Shown here in pieces: positions 12,708-28,574 of a DNA stretch of 64,000 bases. This DNA is from the human T2T-CHM13v2.0 reference genome, Homo sapiens. The position numbers were made by a program, and so were the translations under genes. The notes beneath the pieces were generated by a model, which worked only from the letters and a program-made list of their open reading frames with translations, ran no database searches and was not told the DNA's origin. The stretch is from NCBI RefSeq assembly GCF_009914755.1, contig NC_060932.1. The stretch is one strand, 5' to 3'. Each line of letters starts with the position of its first letter. The stretch's first letter is position 1.

Positions 12708-15700
12708 TCACACCATATACCAAAATCAACTCAAAATGAATCAGAGCCTTAAATATAAGACCTAAAACTGCACAACTTTTAGATGAAAATAGAGAGGAAA
12801 TGCTCCATGGTGTTGATGTGGACAATGATTTGCATATATAACCTTGACTTAATGAAAATGAAAGCCCAATGTATCATCAAAATTTGTAGGATGCAGTGAA
12901 AGCAGTGCTTAGAGGGAAATTTATAGCATCAAATACCTGTATTAAAAAAGAAGAGATATATAAAATCAATCCCCTAAATTTCTACCTTAGGAAATTAGAA
13001 GAAGAGCAAATTAACCCAAAGGAAGCAGAAGAAAATAAATAACTGCTTGAGATTGAAAGCAGGAAATCAGTAAAGAAAAGCAATGAAACCAAAAGCTGGT
13101 TCTTTGCAAAGAAAAATAAAACTGATAAGGCTCTAGCCAACGTAACTGAGAAAAAAGAGGAAAGACACAAATGAGTAATACCGGCAATGAAGTAGCAGAC
13201 ATCACTACAAATCTCACGGACACGAAAATAATAATAAAAGAATACCATGAATAATATATGCCCACTAATTTGATAACCTAGATGAAATGTACCAATTCCT
13301 TGAAAGGTGCAATCTGCCAAAACTCATTCAAAGAGAAATAAACATTCTGAATAAACCTAAATATATATATTTTAAAAGAACTGAATCAGTAATAACTTTC
13401 CAAAGCTGAAGGCATCAGGCATAGACACATTCACTCTTAAATTCTATCAAACATTTAAGACAGAAATTATGCCAATTCTCTACAGTCTCTCTCAGAAGAT
13501 AGAAGCAGAGGTAATACTTCCTAATTCATTCTATGTGCCCATTATTAACCTAATACCAAAATCAGACAAAGATATTAAAGGCAAAGAAAACTACAAACCA
13601 ACATTTTCTATGAATATAGACGCAAACATCCTCAACAAAACTTTAGCAAATAGATTCCAACAATGTGAAAAGAATTATACACCATGACCAAGATGGATTT
13701 ATCCCTGTTATGGAAGACTGGTTTAATATTAGAAAATCAATAATGTAATCCATCACATCAACAGGATAGAGAAGAAAAATCATTAGTTTATCAATAAATG
13801 CAGAAAAAGTACTTGTGAAAATCCAACACTCAGGCATAATAAAAACTCTCAGTAAACTAGGAATAGTAGAGAACATCCTCAACTTGGTAAAGAATATCTA
13901 CAAAAGTCCTACAATTAACATACTTGATAGTGAGAAACTAAAAGCTTTCCCACTAAGATGAAGAAAAAGGCACGGATATTCCATTTCACCATTTATCATA
14001 CTGGAAGTCCTAGCTAATGCAATGAGAAAATGAATGAAAGAAAAATGTATATAGATTAAGAAAAAAAATAAAACTATCTTCCTTTGCAGATGACATGTTT
14101 ATGTAGAAAGTCCAAAATAATTTATCAAAAAACCTCCTGGAACTAATAAGCAATTATAGCAGGATGTACGGTTCAAGGTTGATACAAAAAGGCTATCACC
14201 TTTTTATATACCAGCAATGAACAATTGAATCTATAATGTAAAATATCATATTACTTATATTAGCATACAAAAATAAAATACTTGGGTACAAATCTAACAA
14301 AATATGTACAAGATCTATGTGAAGAAAACTATAGAACTCTGATAAACAATAAAAAGGAAGAACTAAATAAATAGATATTTCATGTTCCTGGAGAGTAAGA
14401 CTCAATACTGTAATGATTTCAGTTCTTCCCAACTTGATCTATAAATTTATTACATTCTCCACCAAAATATCAGCTAGTTATTTCATAGATATTAACAAAC
14501 TCATTTTAAAATTTATATGAAAAAATTAAAAACTGATGCTGTGTTACTTTAAGACACCAGAAAGCTACAGTATTCAAGAAAATGTGGTATTGGCAAAAGA
14601 AACGGCAGATAGATCAATGGAAGAGAATAGAGTGTCCAGAAATAGATCCAGATTAATAAAAGCAAACTGATCTCTGACAAAGGAGTAAAGGCATTCAGTT
14701 GAGAAATGATAACCTTTCAACAAACGGTGTTCAGACAATCTACATGAAAAAAATATGAATCTAGACACAGAACTTACACTCTTTGCAAAAACTGACTCAA
14801 CATGGATCACAGATATAAATGTAAAATAAAAAACTATAAAACTTCTAGAAGGTAACATTGAAGAAAATCTAGATTGCGTTGGGTTTCGTGACGACTTCTT
14901 AAATGAAACACCAGAGGCATGATCCATGGAGGAGAGAACTGATAAGCTGAACTTCATTAAAATAAAAAACTGCTCTGCAGAAGACATTGTCAAGAGAACA
15001 AAAAGACAAGCTACAGAGTGGGAGAAAATATTTGCAAAAGATCTGTCAGATAAAAAATTGTTATTCAAAACATACAAAGAACTCATAAACTCAAAAATAA
15101 GAACACAAACAATGTAATTTTAAAAATGGGCCAAAGACTTTAATATATATCTCACCAAAGAAGATATACAGATGACAAATAGGTATATGAATAATAATCA
15201 GGGAAGTGTGAATTAAAGCCACAGGGTGATACCACAGCACATCCACTGGAAAGGGCAAAATCCAGAACACTGACAACAACATATGTTGGCAGAAATGTGG
15301 AGCAAAAGAAACTCTCACTCAGTGCAGATAGGAATGCAAAATGCCACATCCACTTTTGAAGACAGTTTGGTGGTTTCTCATAAAATTAAACATACTCTTC
15401 CCTTATGAACTAGCAACTGTGCTCACCGGTATTTAACCAAAGAAGTTGAAAACTTAGTCCACATAAAACCGTGAACGCAAATATTTATAGCAAGTTTATT
15501 CATAACTACCAAAACATTAAGCAACTGAGATGCCTTTCAGTAGGTGAATGGATAAACTGTGGTACATACAGATAATGGAATATTATTCAACACTATAAAG
15601 CAAATGGAAGATGGATAAATAGAAACCTCCAGTGAGTAACCCCACCAGCCCTGTGAAGGAAGATCAAAATGAGCAACTATCTAAAACAGAAAGTACCTTC

Positions 15701-15956
15701 ACAAAAACTAAAAAATCAGGTGAGAGATTGTAGTACTTGATTTTTGCATAATAACAAGAAAAGATACGTTGAAGAAGATATGAAGGATAGTCTTACATTA
15801 CCTATACCACTCTACCCCACCCCCAGGCAGTGCATTGCAGTGACAGAATCTATATACTTAAGACAAAGAGAAGGAAGTGAGTGGGAGACTGCATTGGAAC
15901 TCAGTGTCAATCTCACCACAGTGGTACAAAGCACTCAACAGAATTCCACTGCTATT

Positions 15957-16265
<309 letters not shown>

Positions 16266-19200
16266 GAATTCCACTGCTCCTGATTCCAGGCCAGTGCCCA
16301 TGGAGGAAGAATTCAGACCTGCCACAGGCCAGACGGAAATCTCCTACCCTATCAGGAGAAACCTGAGTACAAGTCCCCTTTAACAACAGCTGAATGAAGT
16401 GGCCTTGGGCCCCGCCCTGAATAAATTTCAGTGGTGGCCAAGCTATAGCAATCATGGTCCTTGGGTAAACCCCAGTGATGCACTGTTCTGGGAGGCTGTG
16501 GGCTTGTGGTATGACCCAGAGTGATACCAGCTGTGGAGGTCATGGGAGTGCTCTTGTCGCCTCTTCCCCAACACCAGGCAGTGCAGCGTGGAGACAGAAT
16601 CCTTCTACTCTGAATAAGGAGAGGAAAAAGTAGAAGGGACCAGCCCCACCCACCACAGAACAATGCAGCACTAGGCAGAACCTCAAAATCTGAATTCATG
16701 CAATTGTTCCAATATGGAGCTTCTAGACCCACCCTTGGCCTGAAGGGAATCTGCCACTCAAGCAGGACAAACCTAAGTCTTGGCAGACTTCACCACCAGC
16801 TGACTAAAGTGGCCTTGGGCCTTGAATAAACATCAGTGGTAGTCAGGCAGAAATGACTGCAGGCCTTGGGTGACTGTAGTACTTGTCTGGAAGGCCATGG
16901 GCTTCAGATGCAACCTAGCTTTGGGCCAGCTCTAGTGGCTACAGAAGTGTCTTTGTTGCCCTTCGTCAACTCCAGGCAGCACAACACAGAGAGACTCCTT
17001 CTGCTTGGGGGAAAGAAAGAAAAGTGAGCAAGAGACTTTCCCTAGGAACTCAGGGAATTCTTCCTGTTCTTCAAGTCTATCAGCGCTGAATATCTAGGAG
17101 TCTGCACTAGAATCACGGCATATACGGTCTTAGGGCACTCTCCAGTACTGTAATGACTGCAGTGACTACAGGTTTAGATAACTTATCAGCCAGTTTACTT
17201 TGAATTTCTGGAAGGCACTCTGAAGACAGATGGGTATAACACAAGGCCAGACTATGAAGGCTAAAATAAACACCTAAATCTGTAATGCCCAGACATCAGT
17301 GTATGTCCACAAGCATCAAGGATGTTCAGGGAACTATGACCTCACCCAAAAGGTAGCAGTGGTACCATGAGGTACCAGTGACCAACCATGGAGAGATGCA
17401 GATGTGTGACCTTTCAGACAGAGAAATCAAAATAGCTGTTTTGAGGAAGCTTAATAAACTTCAAAAAGACACAGAGAAGCAACTCAGAAACATCAGAGAA
17501 ATTCAGCAGAGATTGAAATAATTTTCAAAAATCAAATAGAAATCCTAGAGCTGAAAATACAAGTGACATAGTGAAAAATGCATGAAAGGTCTCAACAGTA
17601 GAATTAATCAAGCAGAAGAAAGGCTTCACGAGCTCAAAGAGAGGCTATTTGAAAATACATAGAGGAGAAAAAAGCAAAAAAGAATGAAAAAGAATGAGGA
17701 ACATTTATGATATAGAGAAAATAGCCTCAAAAGGGTGATGTTAAGGCATTAGTTTTAAAAAGAGAGTAGAGAATAAGATAGGAATAGAAAGTTTATTCAA
17801 AAAAGTAATAATAGAAAACTTTCCAAACCTAGAGAAAGATATAAACTACCAGGTATAAGATAGTCAAAGTCACCAAGCAGATTCAACCCAAGGAAGACTA
17901 CCCCAACTCATATAATTATCAAACTCTCAATGATCAAGGAAAAAGAAAGGACCCTAAAATAAGCAAGAGAAAACAAAAACAAAACATATAAAAGGTCTTT
18001 GATACATCTGACAGTAGCCTTCTCAGTGGAAAACTTATGGGTTAGGAGGGAGTAGGATGACATATTCAAAATGCTGAAGGACAAAAACTACCAACCAGAA
18101 ATAGTGTACCAAGCAAAGCTATCCTGCTTACGTGAAAAAGACACATAGAATTAGTTAGACAAGCAAAAACTGGGGAAATTCATTACCACCACCTGTTTTA
18201 CAAAAATGCTACTTCTTCAATATGGAAGAGAGAATGCTAACATGCAACAAGAAAACATCTGGAGGAATATAACTCACAAGTAAATACACAGATAAATTCA
18301 GAATACTCTAATAGTATAGTCGTAGTATGTAAGGCTCTTGTATCTTTAGTATGAGGAATAAAAGACAAATTTATCGAAATAAAAACTATAACAATTTTTA
18401 AGAGATTAAAAAAGATTTAAAAATATGAAAATACATACATTGAGAAAACAAAAAGTCAAAATGTGGGATGAAGGAATGAAGTCAAAGTGTGAACTTTTGT
18501 TTTTTTCTTTGCTTATTTCTTTACTTTGTGATCAAGGATAAGTTGTCATAAATTTAAAATAACTTAATATAACTATAAGATATCTTTTTGCAAGCCTCAT
18601 GGTAACCACAAAGCAAAAACCTATAATAGATACACGATTAATAAAAAGTAGGGAATTAAGACGTACTATGAGAGAAAATCACATATCCACAAAGGAGAAC
18701 AGTAAGAAATGAAGACAAGAGAAGAGGACTTCCAAAGCAACCAGAAAGAAAATAATGTGATGGCAGTACTAACTCCTTACCTATCAATAATATCATTGAA
18801 TGAAAATGGAATTCTCCAATTAAAAGAAATACAGTAGCTGAATAGATTTTTTAAAAGATCTAACTATATGCTGCCTATAAGAAACTAACTTCATCTATAG
18901 AAACACACAGAGAGTGAAAAAATGAAAAATGAAAACCATAAAAGAGCAGTAGTAGCTATCCTTATATTATATAAAATAAACTTCAAATCAAAAACTGTAA
19001 AAAGAGGGAAAGAAGGCTATTATACCATGATAAAAAGATCAATTCAGCAAGAGGATATAACAATTGTAAATGTATATACACCCAACACTGGAGCACCTGA
19101 ATATATAAAGCAAATATTATAGATAGAAAAGTGAAGATAGACTGCAATACAATAATAGTAGGAGACTTCAACACCCCACCCTGACAGATTGTCCAGACAG

Positions 19201-21211
19201 AAAATTAACAAAGAAACATTAGAATTAAACTGCATTCTTTACTGTGTGGACCTAACTGACATTTACAGAACATTTCATCCAACTGATACCAAACATACAT
19301 TCTTCTCATCAGCACATGAAACATACTTCAGGATAGATCATATTTTAGGCCACAAAACAAGCCCGAACAAAGTCAAAGTCATATGAAGCATCTTCTCAGA
19401 TCACAATGGAATAAAAGTAAAAATCAGTAACAAGAGGAACTTTGGAAACCGTACAAATATGGAGAAATTTAAAAATCATGCTCCTGAAAATCAAGGGGTC
19501 AATGAAGAATTAAGAATAAAATTAAAATTATCTTAAAGCAAGTTAAAATGGAAATACAATAAACCAAATCTACTGAATGCAGCAAAAGAAGCACCACAAG
19601 GGATGTTCATAGCAATAAATGCCGACATCAAAAAAAACAGTAAGACTTCAAATAAATAACCTAACAATGTACCTCAAGGAAACTAGGAAAGCAAGAACAA
19701 ACCAAACCCAAGATTAGTAGAAGGAAATGAAATGATAAAGATCAGAGCAGAAATAAATACAATTGAGAGTAGGGAAACAATACACAGATCAATGAAAGTT
19801 TAGCTTTTTGAAAAGGTAAAAAAGTCAACAAACCTTCAGCTAGGCTAAATTTTTTAAAATATCTAAATAAATAAGGTCAGAGACAAAAGAGGAGACATCA
19901 CAATTGATACCACAGAAATACAAAAGATAATTAGAGAATATTATGCACAACTGTATGACAACACATTGGAAAGCCTAGGAGAAATGGATAAATTCCTGCA
20001 TACATGCAACCTACCCCTATTGAACCATGAAGCAATACAAAACATGAACAGACAATGAGCAACGAAATCAAAACAGTAATAAAAAGTCTCCCATCAAAGA
20101 AAAGCCGGGACCTAATGGCTTCACTGCTGAATTTCAGAATTTAAATTAACCAGACATTTTTAAAAGGAACTAATACTAATCCTTCACAAACTCTTCAAAA
20201 AGTGGAAAAGGAGAAAATACTTCTAAATTCTTTTTACAAGGCAAGAGTTACACTGAATACCAAAGGCAGATAAGGACATCCAAAGGAAAAAAAAACTACA
20301 GGCTAATATCCTTGATAAACATAGATGCAAAAATCCTGAACAAAATACTAGTAAACTAAATTCCATGGAACATTAAAATGATCATTCACCATGATGAAGT
20401 GATGCAAGGATGGTTCAGCATACGCAAATCAAAGATGTAATATACCACATTAACAGAATCAAGCACAAAAACCATGGATCATCTCATTAGACATGGAAGC
20501 ATTAAAAAATTCAATAACCTTTTATGATAAAAACTCTCAACAAATTAGGAATAGAAGGTATGTGCCTCAACACAATAAAGGCAATATATTATAGGCCCAC
20601 AGCTAACATTAAACTCAATGGCAAAACAATGAAACTCTTTCCTTTAAGATCTGGAACAAGAGAATAATGCCCACTCTCATCACTTCTACTCAACATAGTA
20701 ATGGAAGTCCTAGCCAGAGTAATTAGAATAGAAAATGAAATAAAAGGCATTCAAAACAGAAGAGAGGAAGTGAAGTCATTTCTGTTTGAAGCTACATTCT
20801 CTTATACATACAAAACCCTAAAGACGTCACAAAAATATTAGATCTAATAAACAAGTCCAGTAAAGTGGCAGGATACAAAATCAACACACCAAAATCACTA
20901 GTGTTTTTATACAGTAGCCATCAATTTTCTGAAAAAGAAATCAAAAGAACAATTATATTTATGATAGCTATAAAAACTGCCTAGGAATAAATTTAACAAA
21001 GGAGATAAAAACATGTACACTGAGAACTATAAAGTTTTAGTGAAAGAAATTCAAGAAGACATAAATAAATGAAAAGATATTTTGTCTTCATGAATTGGAA
21101 GACAATCCAATCCATGAAAAAATATTGTTCAAATGTTCATACTACCCAAAGTAATCTACAGATTCAATTCAATCACTAACAAAAGTCCAGTGTCATTTTT
21201 CAAATGAATAA

Positions 21212-21518
<307 letters not shown>

Positions 21519-21529
21519 AAAAATCCTAA

Positions 21530-21825
21530 TTTTTTTTTAAGAGATAGGGTCTTGCTCTATTGCCTAGGCTGGAGCACAGTGGCATGATCATAGTTCACCA
21601 TAACCTTGAGCTTCTGGGCTTGTGTGATCCTCCTGCCTCAGACTCCTCAGTAGCTGAGACTATAGGCATGGATCACCATGCCTGGCTAATTTTTTGTTGT
21701 TGTTTGTAGTGATAGGGTTTTATTTTATTGCTGGGCTGGTCTTGAACTCCTGGGATCAAGCAATTCTCCTGTCTTGGCCTCCTAAAGTGCTGGGATTACA
21801 GATGTGAATCAACGGGCTGTGCTTA
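21530..21825 (-). mobile_element. AluJ
   Basis: Diverged reverse Alu. Confidence 0.85.
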
Positions 21826-22080
21826 ACCATCCTCAAATTTATATGGAACCACAAAAAGCCATCAATAGCCAAGGTAGTCATGAGCAAAAGAAACAAAGCT
21901 GGAGGTATCACACTACCTGAGTTAAAACCATACTACAAAGCAATGGTAATTAAAGCAACACGGCAATAGTATAAAAATAGACTCACTGACCAATGGAATA
22001 GAAGGAAAAGCCCAGAAATGTACTCTCACATGTACTGTTAGTTGATTTTCAACAAATGTGCCAAGAATATACAATGTGTT

Positions 22081-22550
<470 letters not shown>

Positions 22551-23577
22551 CTAAAACTATAAAACCTCCAGAAGAAAACATAGTGGGGAAATTACATGAC
22601 ATTGGTCCAGGCAATGATTTTTTAGTTTTGACCCCAGAAGTACAGGCAACAAAAGCAAATGTAGACAAATAAGATTACATCAAACTAAAAATCTTTTGCA
22701 CAAAAAAGGAAACAACAGGGTGAAGCAACAAGCTATGAATTGGCAGAAAATATTTGTAAGCCAAAAATCTGATAGAAGTTAATATCCAAATTATATAAGT
22801 AACTAAAGCAACTCTATTGAAAGAAAACAAATAATCCAATTTTAAAATGAGCAAGGGACCTGAATAGACATTTCTCAAAAGAAGACATAAAATGGCCCAC
22901 AGAAGATATACAAAATAATGCTCAACATCACTAATATTAAGAAGATGCAAGTTAAAACCACAAGGAGATAGCACCTCACACCTGTCAGAATCACTATTAT
23001 AAAAAAGATGAAAGTTAAGTGTTGGTGAGGAAGTGGAGAAGAAACCTTTATATGCTGTTGGGGGAAATGTAAATTAATACAGCCATTATGGAAAATTATA
23101 TGGAGTTTCCTAAAAAAGCACACACAACTAAAAATAGAACTAGTATTTGATCCACTAATCCCACTGCTGGGTATTTACCCAAAAGATTAAAATCAGTTTA
23201 TCAAAGAGATGTCCACCACTGCCAAGTTCATTGGAGCACTGTTCACATTCACCAAGTTATGTCATCAACCTAAATGTCCACCAGCAGATAAAAATAGTTA
23301 AAGAAAATGTGGTATGTAGACACAATGGAATATTATTGAGCCTTAAAAAGAAAGGCCGCGACAACATAGATGGAATTGGAGAACACTAAGTGAAATAAGC
23401 CAGAAACAGAAATACAAATAGCAAATTCTCACTTATTTGTATAATTTAAAACAATCAACATCAAATAAACAGAGTAGGATGGTGATCAAAAGATGCTGGC
23501 ACGGGATGTTGGGGGAATGGGAAGATGGTGGTCAAAGGGTACAAAGTCTCAATTAGACAGAAGGAATACATTTTTAC

Positions 23578-23745
23578 AATTTTTCAGTTTTTAGAGATAG
23601 TGTCTTGCTCTGTGGCCCAGGCTGGAGTACAGTGGTGCAATCATAGCTAACTGACTGCAGTGTTGAACTCCTGGGCTCAAGTGATCCTCCCACCCCAGCC
23701 TCCGGAGCAGCTGGGACTATGGGTGCACACTACCACACCAGCTAA
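23578..23745 (-). mobile_element. Partial AluJ/monomer
   Basis: CCCAGGCTGGAGTACAGTGG...GGGCTCAAGTGATCCTCCCACC. Confidence 0.8.
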
Positions 23746-23795
23746 AGTGTTGGTTTCTTTTTTCCTTGGTGATGTTTTCAGTGGGTTAAATACAG

Positions 23796-24176
23796 TGTTA
23801 GATTTAAGTTTGGCTCAAAGTGTCCTTTGTACTGGGGTAATACGGTTTGTCCCCTGTTGGTCTCCTTACTTTGTGAACTTTACCTTAGTTGATGTGTAAA
23901 CAAGTTGTAACCTAACCTAGGAGTTTACCTTTGTAACCAAGTGATCCCAGGCTGAAAACTAACACATTCTGCTCAAATAAAGCCTAGGCCAAACTGCACA
24001 AATCAGGTAGTCTCTTTATGTCATTGCTTGTTCTCTGGTTATAAATGTAGCTCACCTCATCGGAGGTGGGGGCATTCTGAACCATCTTCAGTGTAGAGGG
24101 CTGCTTGGTTCTAGAATCCTTTTCTTGCTCAAATAAAGTTTGTTAAATTTAATTTAACTTGGACTTTTCTTTAACA
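23796..24176 (+). mobile_element. ERV1 5' LTR, MER57-like (MER4 group)
   Basis: TGTTA...TTAACA termini, TATAAA at 24040-24045, AATAAA at 24132-24137, and a 3' end GCTCAAATAAA...TGTTAAATTTAATTT...TTTTCTTTAACA typical of this group. Followed directly by a PBS-like sequence. Confidence 0.8.
23977..24006 (+). other. NAT1: Probable NAT1 distal (NATa/P3) exon 1, inside an LTR (start approximate)
   Basis: About 39.6 kb upstream of NATb, matching the described spacing (about 51.5 kb versus 11.8 kb from the ORF). I recall CCTAGGCCAAACTGCACAAATC as NATa sequence. Donor-like CAG|GTAGT at 24007. Confidence 0.55.
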
Positions 24177-25755
24177 GATTGACCCAGTCGACAGGATCTG
24201 AACTTCCAGTGACCATCCCAGGAACAGAAAGCAACTGTGTAAGTGCCCTCCAGGGCCCATTGAGCCCAGGGATCTCTTTTCTGGGCCTGAATTGCTGGGT
24301 GAGCCTCTCTCTGGGATTCTAACTTCCACTTATTTTGTGTTCTGAGCTCTCCACGTTTATCTCAGCGACCTTTGTTCCTTTTTCTCTCTCTCCTTTTTTT
24401 TTCTTTCTTTTTTCTCCTGTTTTACTGAATTGGATTTCACTTAAGAGGCCAGGCATCTGATTAAGTTAGAGTCTGAACAGGGTTCAAAATCAAATTGGAT
24501 TCAACAGTTAACTAGATTGGATCCAGTTAAAGGCCTTGGGGTAGGTAATTTTGATCTTTTCGGCATTTGAATCCAGGGTTTTGTGCTTGAGAGAGCATTT
24601 GAGAATCATGACAGAAACAGGACCCAGTCCTACAGGGAGGCCTCAGTCTGACTGGGTCAGACAGAACTCAACTGGGCTCTGTAGATAGGTAGAGTTAGCC
24701 TTTCTAAAGGTAATCTAAAATTAAAGTAGCCACAGTGGTGACATTTAATTTGGACAGAATTGTTTACTTGTGAGGCATATTCAGAAAAAACAGAGATCAG
24801 AACCACCCCCCCAAAATACTGGGATGTATTTTTTAATTGGTACCGGGAGGCACGCAAAAGACTAAATTAATCCAAATTGCCCCTTAAAAGATTTCTTTGC
24901 AAAAGGCAAACAAAAAGCTTAAGCAACAGACTAAGGACATGAAGAAAGAGGGGTGCAGTTTGACCGAATTAACCCTGTTTTGCTTCCTACATGTTTTTAC
25001 CTCAAGTTTCTGAATCTGTTAACCTTTTGGCTCAATTACCTTTTTGCCAGAAAGAGCTAGGAGGAATTGTTGAAAACCTCTTACATTTAATTCCTAATAG
25101 CTAAGGTATTTCTGCACAAACAAAACAAAAAAACCTCCAAAAGAAAACAAAACAAAACAAAAAAAACCACACCTGATTGGTCTGTTACACAATTCTGCAG
25201 ACAAAAGGACAAACCAGACTGCAGAGTTTATTTAGAAACATTGTGGAACATTCTGAGCTAGAAATGCAACAAGGAGTATTTCCTTTAGGGACTGAAACAG
25301 TATTAACTTATAGCCTGCAATTAGACCCAGTAGCTAAGCCATAACCTAATTACTTAAAAGTAAGTAGCAGTGGTTGCCAAACTGGTAGCGATCTTCTCTG
25401 AGGTAGTTTAGGGAAAAATTTTTCTTGCATGTTCCACATGCTATGGAAAGCCTCTTGAATTCCATTCTAACTCACTGTCTTTCAGCAAACAGACTAACAT
25501 CTTATGAAATTCTTCTTTTGTCTTCTAAGCATCATTTAAAACACTGAAATATACTTAATCCTCCTGCTCTACTACCTCTAAGGACAACAGTGAAAACTGC
25601 CCTTGTGTGAGTGTAGCGTCACAAGTAACAACCACTTGTGTTGATTTATAAGATTCTCCATTAGCTAATCGGGAGTTAATGCTTTGTGTTAATGGGTCTT
25701 AAGCCAAACACTAGAAGAAGAGAATAGCAGGCAGTGTATGCTGTTACAATAGAAA
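24177..25755 (+). mobile_element. Degenerate ERV1 internal region: PBS, leader, gag and pol remnants
   Basis: TGACCCAGTCGACAGGAT (24180-24197) matches the tRNA-Ser PBS TGGCGTAGTCGGCAGGAT at 14/18. Broken frames give gag-like TFNLDRIVYL and KYWDVFFNWYREA, and pol-like YSLQLDPVAK, VPHAMESLL, RLTSYEILLL, LNPPALLP and RNase H-like LCVNGS. Confidence 0.8.
24178..24238 (+). other. NAT1: Probable NAT1 NATa exon 2 (61 nt)
   Basis: Acceptor CTTTTCTTTAACAG| (AG at 24176-24177) and donor TGT|GTAAGT (24239). No ATG inside. Confidence 0.55.
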
Positions 25756-26642
25756 CTTTTAAGCTCCACATGTTTTATAAGACTGTTGACATTTAACTGC
25801 TTCTACCTCCCGACATGCCACTTTCCTCAACTTTAGCTTTTCAAACTGACTTCTGATCACACTGCTTCATCAAAACGCCTGCTGGGAAAGTCACCAGTGA
25901 CCTTCTGATCACTAGCTGGGTTGATTCTTTCTCCATCCCTGTCCACCATATAATTTGTCCTTGCCGCCAGGCTTGTCACTTATTCTCCCTCATGCAATCC
26001 ATGTACCAGTCAAAACTAATACATGCTATTTCCCCTGGCCTGTGCCCATGCTGTTTCTCTGTGCAGGCCACCCTTTACTCTGGTGGTTCAAATTCTACCA
26101 ATACCTTGGCTCAGCTCAGTGGTAAACTAGGACTCTTAACACTCAGCCTTTTATTATCATTATTCGGATAAACATCTTAATTCTGTTATAAAATTAACTC
26201 CTTGAAAGATTATAGCTTATTAATCTCTACATCTTTCATGGTTTGTATTTAATACACTGCTGTGCACATAATTACTGTTTAATACATATTTGAGACATTG
26301 ACTTCAATTTAATTGAATTTCTAGACGGAGCAAATTATACCCCCAAAGAACTTGAGTGGATGCTTCAAGGTCACCTGCCAGGGAGACTTTCTAAAACGAG
26401 CTGTTGTATCTGAAAAGTGCCTCTGAGCAGTGCCCCTGTAGAAGAACAAAAGCATGTGAGGCTAGACGCACACATTTTATCATCCTCAGTCCGTTCTCAT
26501 GGGGAGCCCAGGACCTCTCTTCAGGGGCGAGTCTTCCATGGTGTTTTATTGTCAGGCAGAGAACAGTGCTACTGCTGCTGTAGATTTCTCTGACTGGGCT
26601 CTCCTGGCTGTGACCTGTTAGAGCACACGTGCACACAGAGAT

Positions 26643-26644
<2 letters not shown>

Positions 26645-26674
<30 letters not shown>
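26645..26674. repeat. (CA)n microsatellite
   Basis: Read directly from the sequence. Confidence 0.95.
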
Positions 26675-26677
<3 letters not shown>

Positions 26678-28574
26678 GATCATGTGCACAGCACAGGATA
26701 TGAGCAGAAATACATCACATTTCTTTGATCCTTATTGCAGTCAAGGCACATGGGTGCAGCTGCAACTTGAACTTTAGAATCAGGGTGTCTCGTTCCTCGA
26801 ATGAGTTCATACTATCTAGCATTTTCATTCTTGCCATCTGTCTTCTACAATAGGTCCCTCTTGTTTTCCACCTCATGGAATGAATGTTCTTTTATCATCC
26901 TGTTTATTAAAAAACCTCCAACATATCACTACACAGAGGAAAAGCAAGGCTGTTGTGGATACTCATGTGCTTATGCTGTGCACCTACATTCAGCCCCAGA
27001 GCCACATAAAGGGCTTTCTAATAACTGGGATGGCAATTGCAGATGGCCAACATTATAACACTGAGGCACAGAAAATAGTCTCACCTCTTCCCAGTACTTA
27101 GGAGCCCAGCGTGGATAGTGGAGAGTGCACATTCCACATCTTGGTTCTGACACTTTCTTGTTGTATAGTCTTGTTTCTTCACCAATAGAATGGGTATAAG
27201 ATTATGTACCTCATAGATTTGTTGTGATTATTTAAACATATAGCTTCCTAATCCAATGCCTGGTCCCTAATGGGTGGTTCCTTTTAACAAGCAAATATTC
27301 TCGACTACCCCATAACATCAGAGAATAGCCTTGAAACAATGTTATTGACATTTTAAAAATCAAACAATATGCACCCCATATTATAGTTATAGTTTCATTG
27401 CAATTACTTAAAGGAGTGAATAGACAGACTCACCTTCATATCCACTTTTAATCTAACTGAGAATATCTCAAGACAGTCTATTGAGATGGATAAAGTAAGA
27501 AACAGAGACAGAGCTTGTTGATGTGTGTGTGAGTCATCCTCCTTGTGAGGTTCTGTGTGTGATGAATGGCTCACTGGCGCCCTAGGGTCACTAAGAAGAG
27601 AGAAAAAGATGATTAGAAGAAACGGAACATTTTGCAATAAAATAAATTGCTATCAATATCTGAGCAAGTGTATGACTAGATTAGCCACATGAATGTCTGT
27701 TTCCCAGGGTGAGGGAAAAGCTGTGAGGCAAGGCTGTTCAGTGACTGGACTTATATCCACCATCACTGATTACAACATTCTCAGCAAGCCGTATTTCATC
27801 TGGACACATTCAGTCCCTGCCCTTGCTAATGAAGATTAAACACATCATTATTTTAGCTTTCCACTCATTCACTGATGTCCCTTCCAGAAGTCACCTCACC
27901 CCTTAATTTCCTCCTCTGTAAAGTAAAGTTCCTACTGTTTTCTAGCTACCTTCATAAAGATATTCAAGGATGGCTGGAAAATTCTTAAGTTGTCAGAGGA
28001 AGGCACCACAGGTCAAATCCCATTAAAAACACATACAGAAAAGTATTACATTTTCTCCATCATAATGGACCTTCAACTTAACAAATAATTCAAAATCCGG
28101 AGGAGTCCTCACGCCCTGGAGAACCCAGCTTTAGAGGGCGGTTATTGTGATTTTTCCCTGTAATAATAATATTTATTTATTTGTGTAGCAGTGGTAGCAA
28201 GCATAAGAATAGCAAGCATCAGGTAAGGAGTCGGGAAACCCAGGGTTTTTTCTAGCTCTATAACTCTGGGCAAACCTCAGCACACAAGCCTAAGCCCCAT
28301 CTTTTACAGAAAAGGATTGGCTCTATAACCCTTTTACCTCCCAAATGCGAACTCTCATGCTTATATAGCACTAAGAAGAGTGAGAGAAAACATACACAGT
28401 CCTCAAAGGGTTTACGGTCTCCCCACACCTCTGGGCAACACAATCTCAGAACAAGTATGTACAACGCTGTGTTGATCTTCTTATATTCCTGCTGCCTGGT
28501 TTTATTAAGTTCAATATTTCTGTATCATATTCATGATTCCTTAATTTTTTTGTAGAGAGTTTTAGTTTTCTAAA

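Noticed and set aside
24577-24688. Possible extra exon (TCCAG|...TAG|GTAGAG) in the ERV leader
   Set aside because: Weak pyrimidine tract and donor, and no support beyond the motifs.
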